The notes beneath the pieces were generated by a model. That model was given only the letters and a program-made list of their open reading frames with translations. It did no database searches and had not been told where the DNA came from. Made by a program: the position numbers and the translations under genes. From positions 8,558,001-8,622,000 of the forward strand of contig NC_087263.1 in NCBI RefSeq assembly GCF_037042905.1: a stretch of 64,000 bases of DNA, written 5' to 3'. The DNA is from Lytechinus pictus. Taxonomy: Eukaryota. Positions 1-12,700 of this stretch are shown piece by piece. Each line of letters starts with the position of its first letter. Position 1 is the stretch's first letter.

Positions 1-6
1 AGGAAA

Positions 7-1427
7 TTATTACGACTAGGAACTTAACCCCCCACCCCCCAAAAAAGGGGGGGGGGGGAGAAAAATCCTTTACACTTCAGCGTATTAATTTAAAGCCTAA
101 AACATTCTGCTTAAAAAAAAAATTGTTTCCGGTGTCCAATTAATCAATGTTTTATTTATCTTCTTCTACTCAGTCTTTGTTCATTTCAGTTCCTACTCTG
201 ACTGTCTTTCATCACTCTTTGCACTTTTGAGCTTTACCATACCTTCTTGTTTTGTTTCCTCTCTTCCCCCCCCCCTCTTTGTCTCCCTTTCTAAGTAAAA
301 TTTTTTTGCTATTTTAATTCATTATTATCTAGCAAAAATTATTCCATCTTGAATGCTTACACCGACACCGAAATATAATACCATGACATTTATTATTTTT
401 TTTCTTCATAATCTTTTAAACTCCATTTTGGCTACACTCTGTCGATACTAGTAGCAATATTTAATTTCTAGTTTAAAGAATTGAAGAAATGACTGTCATG
501 ATATTATATTTTGGTAAAGGTACATCAAATTCATATTAACAAGGTTGCAGCATTCAGAATGGAATAACTGTTGCTTGACAAAAATGGATGTAGTTATTTT
601 CCGAAAATCCTCTGTGAAAATTTTTAGTTTTATATTATATCACTGAGTTTTCCCATTGCTGCAGTTACCACCATCTGAAAGGGATATGACTAGAATATAA
701 TTATATGTAGAGAAATAAAAGTTTCTCTACATATAATTATATTCTAGTCATATCCCTTATAAGTTTGTCTTTACTCCAATGGAAAATTATTTGCATTTGT
801 TTTTATGACAGTCAGAGTTTGCATCCAACAATTTTGCTACTGAAACATAATATTTATTTTTTGACAATGGGAGATGTATGATATATAAAGCAGGGGCTAT
901 CACAGAAATATACTGAAGAAAATTAAATGAAAGAAAATATAAGGCTAAAATCTATTGTGCACATATGTATATTTTTAATATGGTATGTTATTGAGCCATG
1001 GATTTGCAAGTGAATTTCTAAAACAAGTGCAGAGATTTTTGTATATATTTATATTTCTATAATTAGTTGCACGATTAAAGGTACACTTTAAAATATGTCC
1101 GAAAAAATATACTTGGATAGAGAGATGAAACAGAAGGAGATGGTATGGTGAAGCTCAAAATCAAGAGTGGTGTGAAAGTTAAAAAGAAAGAGTAGGAACG
1201 GAATATGAATATGAACAAAAGACTGAGTAGGATAATATAAATAAACAATGGTTAATTGGGTACCGTAAACATTTTTTTTATCAAATGAGAATGCATTAAA
1301 CTTCAAATGAATGGTCTGAAGTGCAAAGGACTCTTCTTACCTTTTAAGGGGGGGGGGGCATTTTCTGCTCAAAAATATATCAGCCCCCTATTTTTTCGGG
1401 GGGGTGGTTCAGTTCCTAGTCATAATC
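7..1427. repeat. Large imperfect fold-back (inverted repeat) centred near 718
   Basis: 7-45 pairs with ~1385-1427; ~140-265 pairs with ~1118-1258; perfect 37-bp hairpin arms at 679-715 and 722-758. Confidence 0.8.
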
Positions 1428-2049
1428 CTTTAACTTTTAACTTTTATGAGGTCATTTTCTAAAGACCCTCCCCCCCCCCCAAAAAAAAGAGCAATGTCTA
1501 GCTTTAAAAATGCAAAGACACCTGAGGGGCAAAGGTGTAGGTAGACTGGTTTGAGCATGGGGAGGTAGAACTAAAAGTGGTATGGGGAGGGGTGCACATC
1601 TTGGGGAGGTGGAACTAAGGTTTGGAAAATCAGCTGTTGAAAGTAGAAAGGGTACACATTTTGTTTTGCTTGCCAGTGTTGGAACTCCTCTGCCTCAGCG
1701 GAAGGTTTCACATTCACCCAGTGTACCTCCAGCCTATGCCCTTGAGGGGATGCATATTTTAAGAGTGTTTATCATGTTTATGTTTTTAATGGCCACCGCC
1801 TTTAACCTTCTTTATTTCGATGTCAGATTTTAAGGACCAATCCCGCCCCTCCCCCCAAAACCTAGAAATATTAATGAAGGTGATTAGTACCCCCACACTC
1901 TGGCGTGAACATTTTAATGCAGAGAAGACATTTAGAACTTAATATGAATCTTTACCCCAAGATGAATATTTCTTCCAACTTTTATGAGCACTGACTAAAA
2001 ACAGGGGAAGTAGTTTGATCCACAATGGGTTTTCCTGCATTTCTGGCAA

Positions 2050-2620
2050 TCATATGTGGCTACCCTGGCAATGCACTCTCTGACAAATGCAAAAAAAAAA
2101 GGTTCTTGCACATCTTTACCACAAGGCCAATGTGTGAGCCAAATTTCACGAGAATTGGTTCAAAACTGATGAAGTAGTTCAAATTGCAAGTTTTTTACCT
2201 AAATTTTGCCATATGATATGTTGTTCCCATGGCAACACAATTTCTGAAACACACACAAAAAGTGCCTTGTACATCTTTACTTCAATACCAATGTGTGTGC
2301 CAAATTTCATGAGAATTGATAGAAAACTGATGAAGCAGTTTGAATTGTAAGTTTTTTTCCCAATTTTCACCATATAATGTGTTGTTACCATGGCAACAAG
2401 ATTTCTGAAAGACACACAAATATGTGTCTTAGACATCCTCACCTCAAGACCAATGTGTGTGCCACATTTCATGACAATCGGTTAAAAACAGAGGAAGTAG
2501 TTCTAACTGCAAGATTTTTACCTTATTTTTGCCATAATACACTGTTACCATGGCAACACCATTTCCAACACATGCAAAAAATGTGTTTTGCACATCTTTA
2601 CCCCAAGACCAAAATATGTA
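2050..2620. repeat. Tandem repeat of ~161 bp, about 3.5 copies, probably inside a non-autonomous DNA element ending near 2985
   Basis: 'ccatggcaac...acatct...ccaatgtgtgtgccaaatttcatga' recurs at 2223, 2384 and 2544. Confidence 0.8.
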
Positions 2621-2984
2621 CATACACACCAACATTCAACCCCCTCCACCGCCACCCTTGGGCTTGGTTAGCATCTGCATTCAGATATTTGGTGCATTGA
2701 GATGCGGGGACAAACAGAACATCTGTTCAAAACGGGTCCGAATCCAAGAACTAATCCAATTCAAAATAATGCACTGCTATTGAGTTTTGCACTAGCGCTA
2801 GTCTATATATCAGACCAATCTAAACTCATAAATTCTGATATTTTCACCCATTTTTTCTGTTCCTGCAGCCAGATTTTTTGGAGCATACCCCATTCTTAAT
2901 TCTTATACATAAACAAAGGTCTGGAGAAAAAATCACGCTTTTGTCCACCGTGTCCACATAATTTCGCTAACAGACCAGACTACT

Positions 2985-3181
2985 AGGGGTTCATCTGCAG
3001 TAGCCACTCTCCACCCAGGTGTTGTAAATAGGTACCCGGTCGGAATGAATTCGTGGAATGCTCGAGCATCCTGCGCCCGATCGGGGTAGCCGGACGGACT
3101 AAATCTGGGGGTAATTGTATGAGCACTTAGAAACGTTGCATTAAGTGCTATGCAAGTGTTGCATATTTATATTACTATTAT
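2985..3181 (+). mobile_element. 5'-truncated SINE (core + LINE-like tail) with a 9-bp flanking direct repeat
   Basis: Core 'cactctccacccaggtg...aaataggtacc' resembles the 3804 SINE; AT-rich tail; cagactact at 2976-2984 and 3182-3190. Confidence 0.65.
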
Positions 3182-3609
3182 CAGACTACTCTGGCAGTTA
3201 CTACAGATTCCTTAGGAGGAATATTGAGACGTTTAATATTGCTCTTTTTCATTTTCTGTTTCCTGTTTATTTCTTTAAATATACTTTTAATTGGATATAT
3301 ACTCAAGATGTCAGCCTGCATCATATTGGTTTTTTTTTTTTTTTTTTTGGGGGGGGGGGGGTGGGGTATGCTATTCATACGGATATTTTTATAAAAGGCT
3401 GCGCTCTACAAGGTCCGCCTTTTGGCAGCCTTCTACATTCACAGCCTCTTTGTATCTTGATTATAATGTAAATATAAATTTTCTTTGTTTTATATATCAA
3501 GATGTACGAAACAAAATATTTTGTAAATGTTGGAAATGGGAAATAAACGAACTGATGATAATGATTCTCACCCTAAATTTGTCTCCACAATATTCCCATC
3601 TCCACGAAG

Positions 3610-3787
3610 GCTGCTGCTAACATCATAGAGAACATCCTTCCTCTTGGAGCCCGTCTCGGCATCATCGCCTTCAACGAGTACGCAACCGTGCTCCACAGCA
3701 TCGTCGAGATCGATTCCCAACAGAGGAGGGAGTCGTTGTTGAGGAGCTTACCGAGGTCGGCGAGTGGGAGAACGAGCATCGGAAGAG
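3610..3787 (+). CDS. CLCA: CLCA exon (vWA): AAANIIENILPLGARLGIIAFNEYATVLHSIVEIDSQQRRESLLRSLPRSASGRTSIGR
   Basis: Acceptor ...ccacgaag|; donor |gtaagg at 3788; vWA 'GxTSIxxG' motif. Confidence 0.88.
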
Positions 3788-6700
3788 GTAAGGCACATTT
3801 GCTGGGGCGTCGTGGTCTAGTGGTTATGACTATCATCTTTCAATCTGAAGGACGTGGGTTCGATTTCCAGCCATGGCGTGTTTTCCTTCATTAAGAAATT
3901 TACCCATATGTGCTGCACTCAACCCAGGTGAGGTGAATGGGTACTCGGTAATAATAGCAGCACTTTGTATCCTCGGGCAGAAAGCGCTTAATACATCCAT
4001 TTATTATTATTATCATTATCATTATATGAAGGTCATTGAATATCTCTCCGTAATTCTAGGTACATTGGGAAATTGTTGCAATAAATCTTAGTACCATATT
4101 ATGGTAAATATATGGTAAATATACTTGGAATCTTAATAATCCAAATAAACTATCACAAAATTAAATTTTCGTCTGTAGAAATATAGAAAAATACCTTTGC
4201 TCGCTGGCGCTCGCTTCGCTCACTCGCAACGTTTTTATATATTTTTTGCTTAAAAGCCAGATTTGGCCCCTCAAATTCTGGCTCATTATGGCACTGATCA
4301 AATCTAAATAAGAAGCTTCGGCTTTTTTTTATCAGTAATGATCCATTTACGTCGGACTCTAATGAATTACTTAATTAGATGGGAAAGTTTATTAATAGTT
4401 GTCAGCTTCTGATAACCATCCCCCAAAATCAGGGGCGGATCCAGGATTTTACAAAAGGGGGGGCTAATTTTTCGGGGGAAAAATTTGACAAGTCCCAAAA
4501 AAGAAAAAGATTTTCAACCACAAACAAATGATATTTCGTACCCGAAAAAAAATTGACAAGCAAAAAAAAAAGGTCTTCAATTTCAAAATAGGGGGCACAC
4601 TTCTGTTTTAATGGCATTTTTACATTACAAATTTTTATTTTGCTTCTCAAAAGGGGGGAGGGCAGATGGATCCTGGATCCGCGCCTACCCAAAATGTATT
4701 GAAATTCATTGGCGTTTTGGGGGGGCAGAAAGTCAATTTAAGGGGATATATAAACAAAGGAATAGAACAATCAAGTAAATGCAACAAATCTCTATATACC
4801 ACGTTAAATGCGAGTAAAGGTGTATAGTTTTAAACATGTCATATTTTACCTTCCTCATTATCAATAGGGGTCGAATTGGCAGTGCGAGAACTCCGGGAAT
4901 TCGAGAATGACCCAGCCGGAAGTACTCTTATTGTGATCACGGACGGGGAGCAGAACGCTCATCCCTACATTAAAGATGTCTTACACGAGGTAGAATTATA
5001 AATCATTAGCCTGTTAACTACCGAATTCTGTGATTCCCATAAGCTATAAGCAAGGATTTTCAGGTTCCAGTAGGCAATCGGTTAATTATTCTCTTTATAT
5101 CATGTCTTTTCAATACCACATGAATTTGAAAGGAGAATTAATTGGAAAATTTTATGATCATTACACATAGTCTTAATAATGTTCCAAGATCTTCAGCTAT
5201 TTACACTTCAAAAAAAATGTTGCAGTAAGGATGGTTTTCAATTTCTTGGGCCAAAGAATGGATGTGAACAGGTGGAGTTTCATGAAGCTGTTCGTAAGTT
5301 AAGAACGAGTGGTGAGCCTTTCTTTACGCTCCAAATAATCACCAATGACCATTAATGGTGAGTATCATTTGCCACAAGGCAATGATCACCAGTCGTTCTT
5401 AAAGTCACACTTAAATACGAACAGTTTTATGAAACGGCCCCCGAAATTTCATGATCAGATAATCACTTGATGAATAATCAATGATAATTAATTCATAATT
5501 AAACAAAGAAGTTTGAAATCATACTCTCGATTTAACCGTCGAATTCTTCATGTTTTTTTGTGTGTAAACTTTAAAACTATGTGTGACTATTTTCAATTTT
5601 CGGTAATTTATAGCCTTTAAATCTTTAATACGTTGAGTTAATAATTGACGAATTGCATGTAAGTCAATCAATAAGTCAGTCAGTCGATAAATCAATCAAT
5701 TTTCTTCTGCATGAAATTCATCAACATTTAGCTGCACTACCCAGGTGAAGTAAACGGATACCCGAAACAATTATACATTGAAAATAAAAAAAATCGCGAA
5801 ACGCTTGAGAGGTATTGGAAGTTAAGGAGGGCAATGATTCCCAAAGCACCGTGGAAGAATAAAAGTTCGGGTCCTTTAAAGGAGAATGAAACTCTTGGAG
5901 GAAGTTAGCTTGTGTGAAAACAGAAAAATCAAAGAATAAGATCAACAAAAGTTTGAGTAAAATAGGACTAGCATTTGAATGTCGATATCACTAATGCTAT
6001 GGAGATCCTCCAATTGGCAATGCGACCAAGATCTATGATGTCACAGATGAACAACTCTCCCCTTTTGGACACTGAAAATATACCCCAAAACATCTCTTTT
6101 TGCTCATTCTAATCATATGACAAACGATTCATCAATGATATAATGTTGTGAAACCTCTGTACTTGTCCTCTCATAAAGAGAACACCTCACCTTGTGATAG
6201 ACTCCAGTGAAATAAGTACTAAAGTAGTGAGGGAGTTGTACGTGTGTGACATCACAGATCTTGGTTGCATTGCCAATGGGAGGATCTACATGGCATTAGT
6301 GATCTCAATATTCAAATGCTCATAACTTTCTTATTATTCATTCAATCTTCCTCAAACTTTCAACAATATGTTTCTTTGATTTTTCTCTTTGATATGGATT
6401 CAGCTGGTTTCAAGGGTTTCATTCTCCTTTAAGTGGCACAAAAATGAACAGTATATCATTATATGTTTTAAATCAATGTTTGATAACAATTCAGCTGATC
6501 AAGTCATTTTAACGTTATCTCTTTTTTTTCTGAATATCGCATAGATTGAAAACATGACCGTTAACACTGTTGCTGTGGGCGGAGAAGCAGATGGCCAGCT
6601 CGAACTTTTAGCTGTTCACACCGGCGGGGATTCCTTCTCACACACCGACAAGTCCAGCGAAATATACTTGTCTTTCTTCAAGGCTGCTGCAGCTCAAATG

Positions 6701-9700
6701 AGTAAGCCAACTTTAGTTTCTCAATTTCTTTTATTTACTTTTTTTTTCAAAGAAAGATTTTTTTGTCTAAAATCCAACACGTAAACAATTCATTCATTTT
6801 GCACAAATATGATAAAACAAACATGTTCAAAACAGCTGTAGGCCTACATGTGTTTTGCTATCTAGTGATAAAAGTTATTATTTTTCAGCCTCCTTACTTT
6901 TTTTTTACATATCTATCTCTTGATCTTAATCGCAATCACTCTTTTTAAGACTGTTTCTGGTGTATTTCTGGTGTATTTCAAGTTTTTCCATATTTTCCAC
7001 CCCTCTCCTCATCCAATTTGATATTTTTGCTTACGTTTTCAATATGATTACATTCTTTACAAAAGTTATCGTTTTATAATGTTGCACAATATCTTTTCAA
7101 TTTCAAAATCTACTTTTTCTCAGCTTATATGTTTCTATTTGCCCCTACAAACTACCATCAGCTAATATTTATCTTCCTTTAACATACAATGTTAGGATAA
7201 TTATCAATGCTTTCAAATGCTACTTAATTTCCTTTTGTTTGGCGATCAAGTATGATGAAATACTGTACATTCTTAAATTCTGAATTATCTCTTCATTTCT
7301 TCAAAACGCGAATTTTAATGACAAAAGTATCACTAATATTATTTTCTCAAATTGTTAAAATATAATCTAAAATCTAGGTGAATAAAAACTCACATAAAAG
7401 TAAACAGGTTTTGATTTTCCTTTTCGTTGCATCTATTCGTTCTTTAGCCGGAGGGAAAAGTAAGTTTGACTAGACCTCTTTAGATTTAATTTCGCTAAAA
7501 ACAATAATGAAGCCAAATGCCTATTATATAGTCATTATAGTGTTTGCCTTTTCAGTTTTAATCTGTGCTTGCTAACATATTTTGGAGCAAATGCCAGTTT
7601 ATTTTGTTGCAAGTTTTGCAGTGATATCTACTATGATATTGGTTGCATGGATAATGCATTTGTACGGTTCGCAGCAAAAAAAGTATCATTGTTTAAATGT
7701 ATACACAGAATATATTTGGAAATCGTTATCAAAACGTTGTAACACATAATTAAGACATATGCATAAGTTAAAACCTCATTGCTAAGCACTGCATGCATTG
7801 ATTTGCTTTTTCAAATTACTTTTTGTTGCACTTTTTGACACTTCACCCATCGTATACAGGAATTATAAAAACAAATCTGATTCATTAGATTACCCAAACA
7901 ATATACTTTATATACATACACTGACAATATCGTTTGATGACCTAACTGTCAAGACAAAATCTCCAGTCAATATGTATCGACATTTTCCACTGGATACTTA
8001 TAGGTATGTTATGTTAGTTACTAAAAGTAAAAAATTAAAGGTGTTGTAGACAAAGAGACATAAATATTTTTTCAAGGCCAACCTCTTTTCAAAAAACTTT
8101 TCTCTCTCTAAAAAAAAGCGTCTGAACTCTGTCTTTGCTTCAATCTTTGTTTGCCTTTTTTCTCTCCAATCATCTTAGCAATGCATTACGTTGTGTAGAA
8201 GTCAGAATTTTGCTGTTTTCTTTGAGGGCAATCTTTTGCTATTTTGTCAGACCCTTATTCGTCCTTCTTGTTATAAAGCATACTGGTAATAATGGTTTGC
8301 AATCATGGTTATGATTAATGGATATCAAAGATAGGAATACCGAGGAGTAGAGAAGCCTCTTTTATTACCGTTATCAAAACTTTTCAGTGCAAACAATAAT
8401 TTCGAATGAACATGGCACTCTCATTAACACAATTATCTGGTGTTCATTTCATGCAATATTATTTGATTGCAATATAATGCTAATCGCACACTCCATGTAC
8501 TGACTGACATACGGTCAATTTGCGACTATTATGGGATATATTAAAAACGAGGAAATATGTATTGGCACAACCAGTCTCCATCTTGCGTTCTTGATGCGAA
8601 TTGTCTGCGACCCGCATATCAAGATACTGCGACAATGATATTATGGAATGTGGATTCAGTCTTGTATTTCTTACGATACAGACGATCGCCACTACAATTT
8701 GCCTCTTACCTATCTGTATAGTCCCACAAGCTTGTACGATCTGAGGTAAGATCTTTGTAAGACCGTTGTACGGCCGCTGTAAGACCGCTTTGAGACCAGG
8801 AAGACCGTAAGTTGTGAGCACGTTGCCTAGTCAACTTGAAGGTTTAACCAACGTATTTCGTCGTACTTATACATGTATATGGCATTTATTTCCTCTCATC
8901 ATGCACTCTTTTTATAATGACAACTGCCTTTATTTGGTTAACAACACGAAATGATTACTTGAAACAAATAATTCGATTTCTTGAAATGTTGTGTTGTTAA
9001 CAAAAGACAACCATTACTATCAAGAATCGAATGCTTGACATCAAGAAGACAAGAAATGTGATTAAATTTGAGAATCGCTTGTCAGAAAGTTGTTACGCGA
9101 ACGTCGTCATACGCAGGCTAAATCTTCCATGTCTGTAATTTGTCATAAATGATGTCCATATCACCTCATACCCATAATCGCAATAAAACCACCTGTCATC
9201 CTCTCTATTTTTCAAATTTATAGGTCAATCCCAGGTCAGTGCCGCCATCATTGACGCCGACTTTACCTCCATCAATCATCGAGAAACTTTCACCAACAAA
9301 TTTCACTTGGACGACGCCCTCACCGGTGGACTTAAGATAACCATTGCCTACATCTGGTCGCTCAGCCCCGATGATGTCTTCTTTCTCCTCATCAGTCCGG
9401 ATGGTCGGGTGTACCACACCAATATGGTCCCTGCCCGTTTTACCTCGGATCGTGTCTACAAGCAGATTAAGATCGATCTTAAGGAAGATGATGTTGTGGT
9501 AAGAAGGACTTTCATAACCTTAAAACCTCATTCCAAAGAGGGCAATACCATGTAGATCTTTTAAAGACCATGGAACTTTCTCGATATTTCAGTGGTCTTC
9601 CAATGATGAACTTTCAATAGTATATGCGGTCATTCACAATTCAAAACCGAGCTTCCAATAGTCTTCGTGGTGTTCATGGGCTTGAAAACCGTTTGAAATA

Positions 9701-12700
9701 TCAAAACAGTCTTTTAGAGGTCTTTTAGGAAAACTGGCCTTCCGGTTATCTTTAGCGGTCTCTCGATGAGGTCTTGTTTAGTCTTTCAATGATCCTTCGA
9801 CAGTCTCTCAAAGGTTTTGCGGAGATCACTGAACAGCTGAAAGACTCGTGTGAAATCCATGTTAAAGATCATAGAAAGACCAGGAAAGTCCTTATAGGAA
9901 GATTGCTGAAAGATCATTTGTTGCATAACAGATCTCTGACAGACCAAGGGAACCATTAAAAGATCATTGTTTGATTTTGACAGGTTTGATTTTGACAGGA
10001 TTTTGGTGCCAAAATTGCACTTCTGCTAGAAATATCATTAAATAAAGCAAATCTATCATCAAATGTTACATTGTTGTATACAGTTAAACAGGGTCTATAT
10101 GCGAGCAGTGAGGTATGCATTGTACGTGAACGAATAGGAAAATATGTGCTGATTAAATGTGACACCCATTGAACATAAATCAATTGACAAACGCTGTTTC
10201 TGAAAATCGATGTCACACTTTAAAAATATGTTGTTATTTTCACGACAGGCTGGTGAATGGACACTGAATGTAACAAACCAAGGTTCGTTTCGAGATGATT
10301 TCAACATCGTCATCCAACCACGTGTTAAAGAGGGGGCCACGCCCATATTAGCCACAGCCCAGTGGGCGGTACCTTCAGTAACCCCGCCCAACAGACAGAT
10401 CCTCTACGTATTTGTTCAACAAGGTTTGTTTAATTCTAAAGAGAAATAAACAATGCTTTCTAACAATTACTCTCAAACAAAGATAAGGTTTATTATAATG
10501 ATATAATAGTTGATATTGTTGACGAACGCTTGTGATCATGTTGATGCTGGGGTATTCCTGAAACATACTTGGTTGCGTCTTTTACTTCTCTGTAGATCTT
10601 TAGGATTATATTGAAATTGTGATTTATCATTTTGGATTTATTCCCATCTATATTTTGTTTGATTGACTTTTATGTTAATCTGTCGTCTAACTGCAAACGA
10701 GCTAATCTGGTCCCTATTCACACTCTTCTCGAAGTGAGGCGATCTGACTGAGATTAGCATTTTTAGAGTGGATTTTAGTTCACCCCAGGAGAGACTATAA
10801 CTTGCACAATTCACTACAAAGGGATTGATCCCTAAAGTATCACCTCGAGAGGAGAGTGATTAGAGACTGGAGTAGCTCTTTTACATTGAAAGAATAAAGG
10901 AATATAAATCGTACTGCCTACATAAATGTAAACAAAGTCATCTCACTGGCAACTGTCTTTTTGACATTAAAGGTCAAGTCCACCCCAAAAATATGTTGAT
11001 TTGAATAAATAAAGAAAAATCAAACTAGCATAATGCTGAAAATTCCATCAAAATCGGATGTAAAATAAGAAAGTTATGACATTTCAAAGTTTCGCTTATT
11101 TTTCATAAAACAATTATATGCACATCTCAGTGACACGCAAATGAGACGATCGATGATGTCCCTCACTCACTATTTCTTTTGTTTGAAATATACAATATTT
11201 CATTTTTTACAGATTTGACAATAAGGACCAACTTGACTGAACCATATACAGTGCGTCCCAAAAAAAACTATACACTTTTGAAATGGCTGCCAAATAAAAA
11301 GTATATCACTTTGGGGGGAAAGACTTATACAAATGGAAAGCCGATAAAGTCATCTTTCAAATGACACCAAAATGTTGGAAAACTATTCATGCTTGAGTAA
11401 GCACTACCCGCTTAAACAAAGGGTATGAAAATTAGGGTGGGCAGGAATTAGCCTTTCGGTTTCTTTCAGTTTTTGAGAGGCGAGTCCCTTGGAACTTGCA
11501 AACTTGAGGGTGTTCTGATGAATTGATGGTCATTCATTATCAATTTAAATTGTTAGAGCAAATTTCATGAATTATCAAATTGAAATTCCATGCATGAGTG
11601 AGCATGAATTGCAATCTTTAGTGAAGCATTTTAACTTACAATGTGGGTCTCAGCAGTGTGTTCATTGGAGTCAGGAGAATAGGGGTAAGAAATGACTTCA
11701 GTGTGTGAAGTAAGCTGATGGGAAAAGGGTCAACAGAACGTTTAGCCTCCCTCCTACAGGTCCGTCCCTCCCCCCTCCTGTTGAGATTGAGACTGATTGC
11801 TATTACATGTACGCATTAAGTGCAAAGCGGACTGTCAATTTGATAATAAATTCTGAAAATTAGATCATCAACTTTTATCTATCAATCATTCAATCAACAA
11901 TCTGTTAGTAAATAAACTCAATCAATGTCATCAATCAGATATTCACCTTTTTCAATAAATTATCAATCAAAAATTCAGCTTTTTCAATAAATGATTTCAT
12001 AAATTATCATAATTAGTCAAGTTCTTAATAAATCATTCAATGGAAAAGAAAGACCCATCAACCATCAGTCACTTGGCATTTTAAGTTTTAAATACCAACC
12101 AAGAGAAAGAAAGGGGTGGAGGGCGGGGTGAGTACATGACATGTAATTTGTAAGAGAACACAAAGAAGAATGCCCCTTTAACCCAGTCTTACCCTATCTC
12201 ATCCCCTTGCATGTAACAGGTACCATCACATTACTCTGACTCTCACAAGCACACTTGCTAAGATCCACATAATAAACGAAAAATGCTACACTAAAATTAC
12301 AATTCCTGTTTACTCATGCATTACATTTCAATTTAGTAACTCGTGAAATTTGCTTAAGAAACCAAAGCGGATCTCCATTTATCAGTAATTTAGCATAACA
12401 CCCTTAACTTTGCAAGTTCCAAAGGACTCACCTCAACAAAAAAATGGAATTAAGGCTAATTCCTGCTCACCCTAGCAAAGGCTAGTCTCTCAGGAGGGGT
12501 GAAAGGGGTAGAGAGAGAGAGGGGGGGGGGTTAAGTGTTCTGTTGACCCATATCCCGTCAACCTACTTCCCCCACCTCAGTCCTATCCCTATTCTGACTT
12601 CCATGAACACATTGCTGAGATCCACTTAAAAAGTGAAAAATTGTATTTCATGTTCACTCATACATTAAATTTCAATTTAATAATTCTTAAAATTTGCTCT

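Noticed and set aside
3804..3876. tRNA gene
   Set aside because: A and B boxes are present but the cloverleaf is imperfect, and the sequence continues into a SINE core and tail.
9205..9417. Minus-strand ORFs overlapping CLCA exons (also 3573-3836, 10095-10391, 14142-14369, 16357-16557)
   Set aside because: They are antisense shadows of the real + strand exons.
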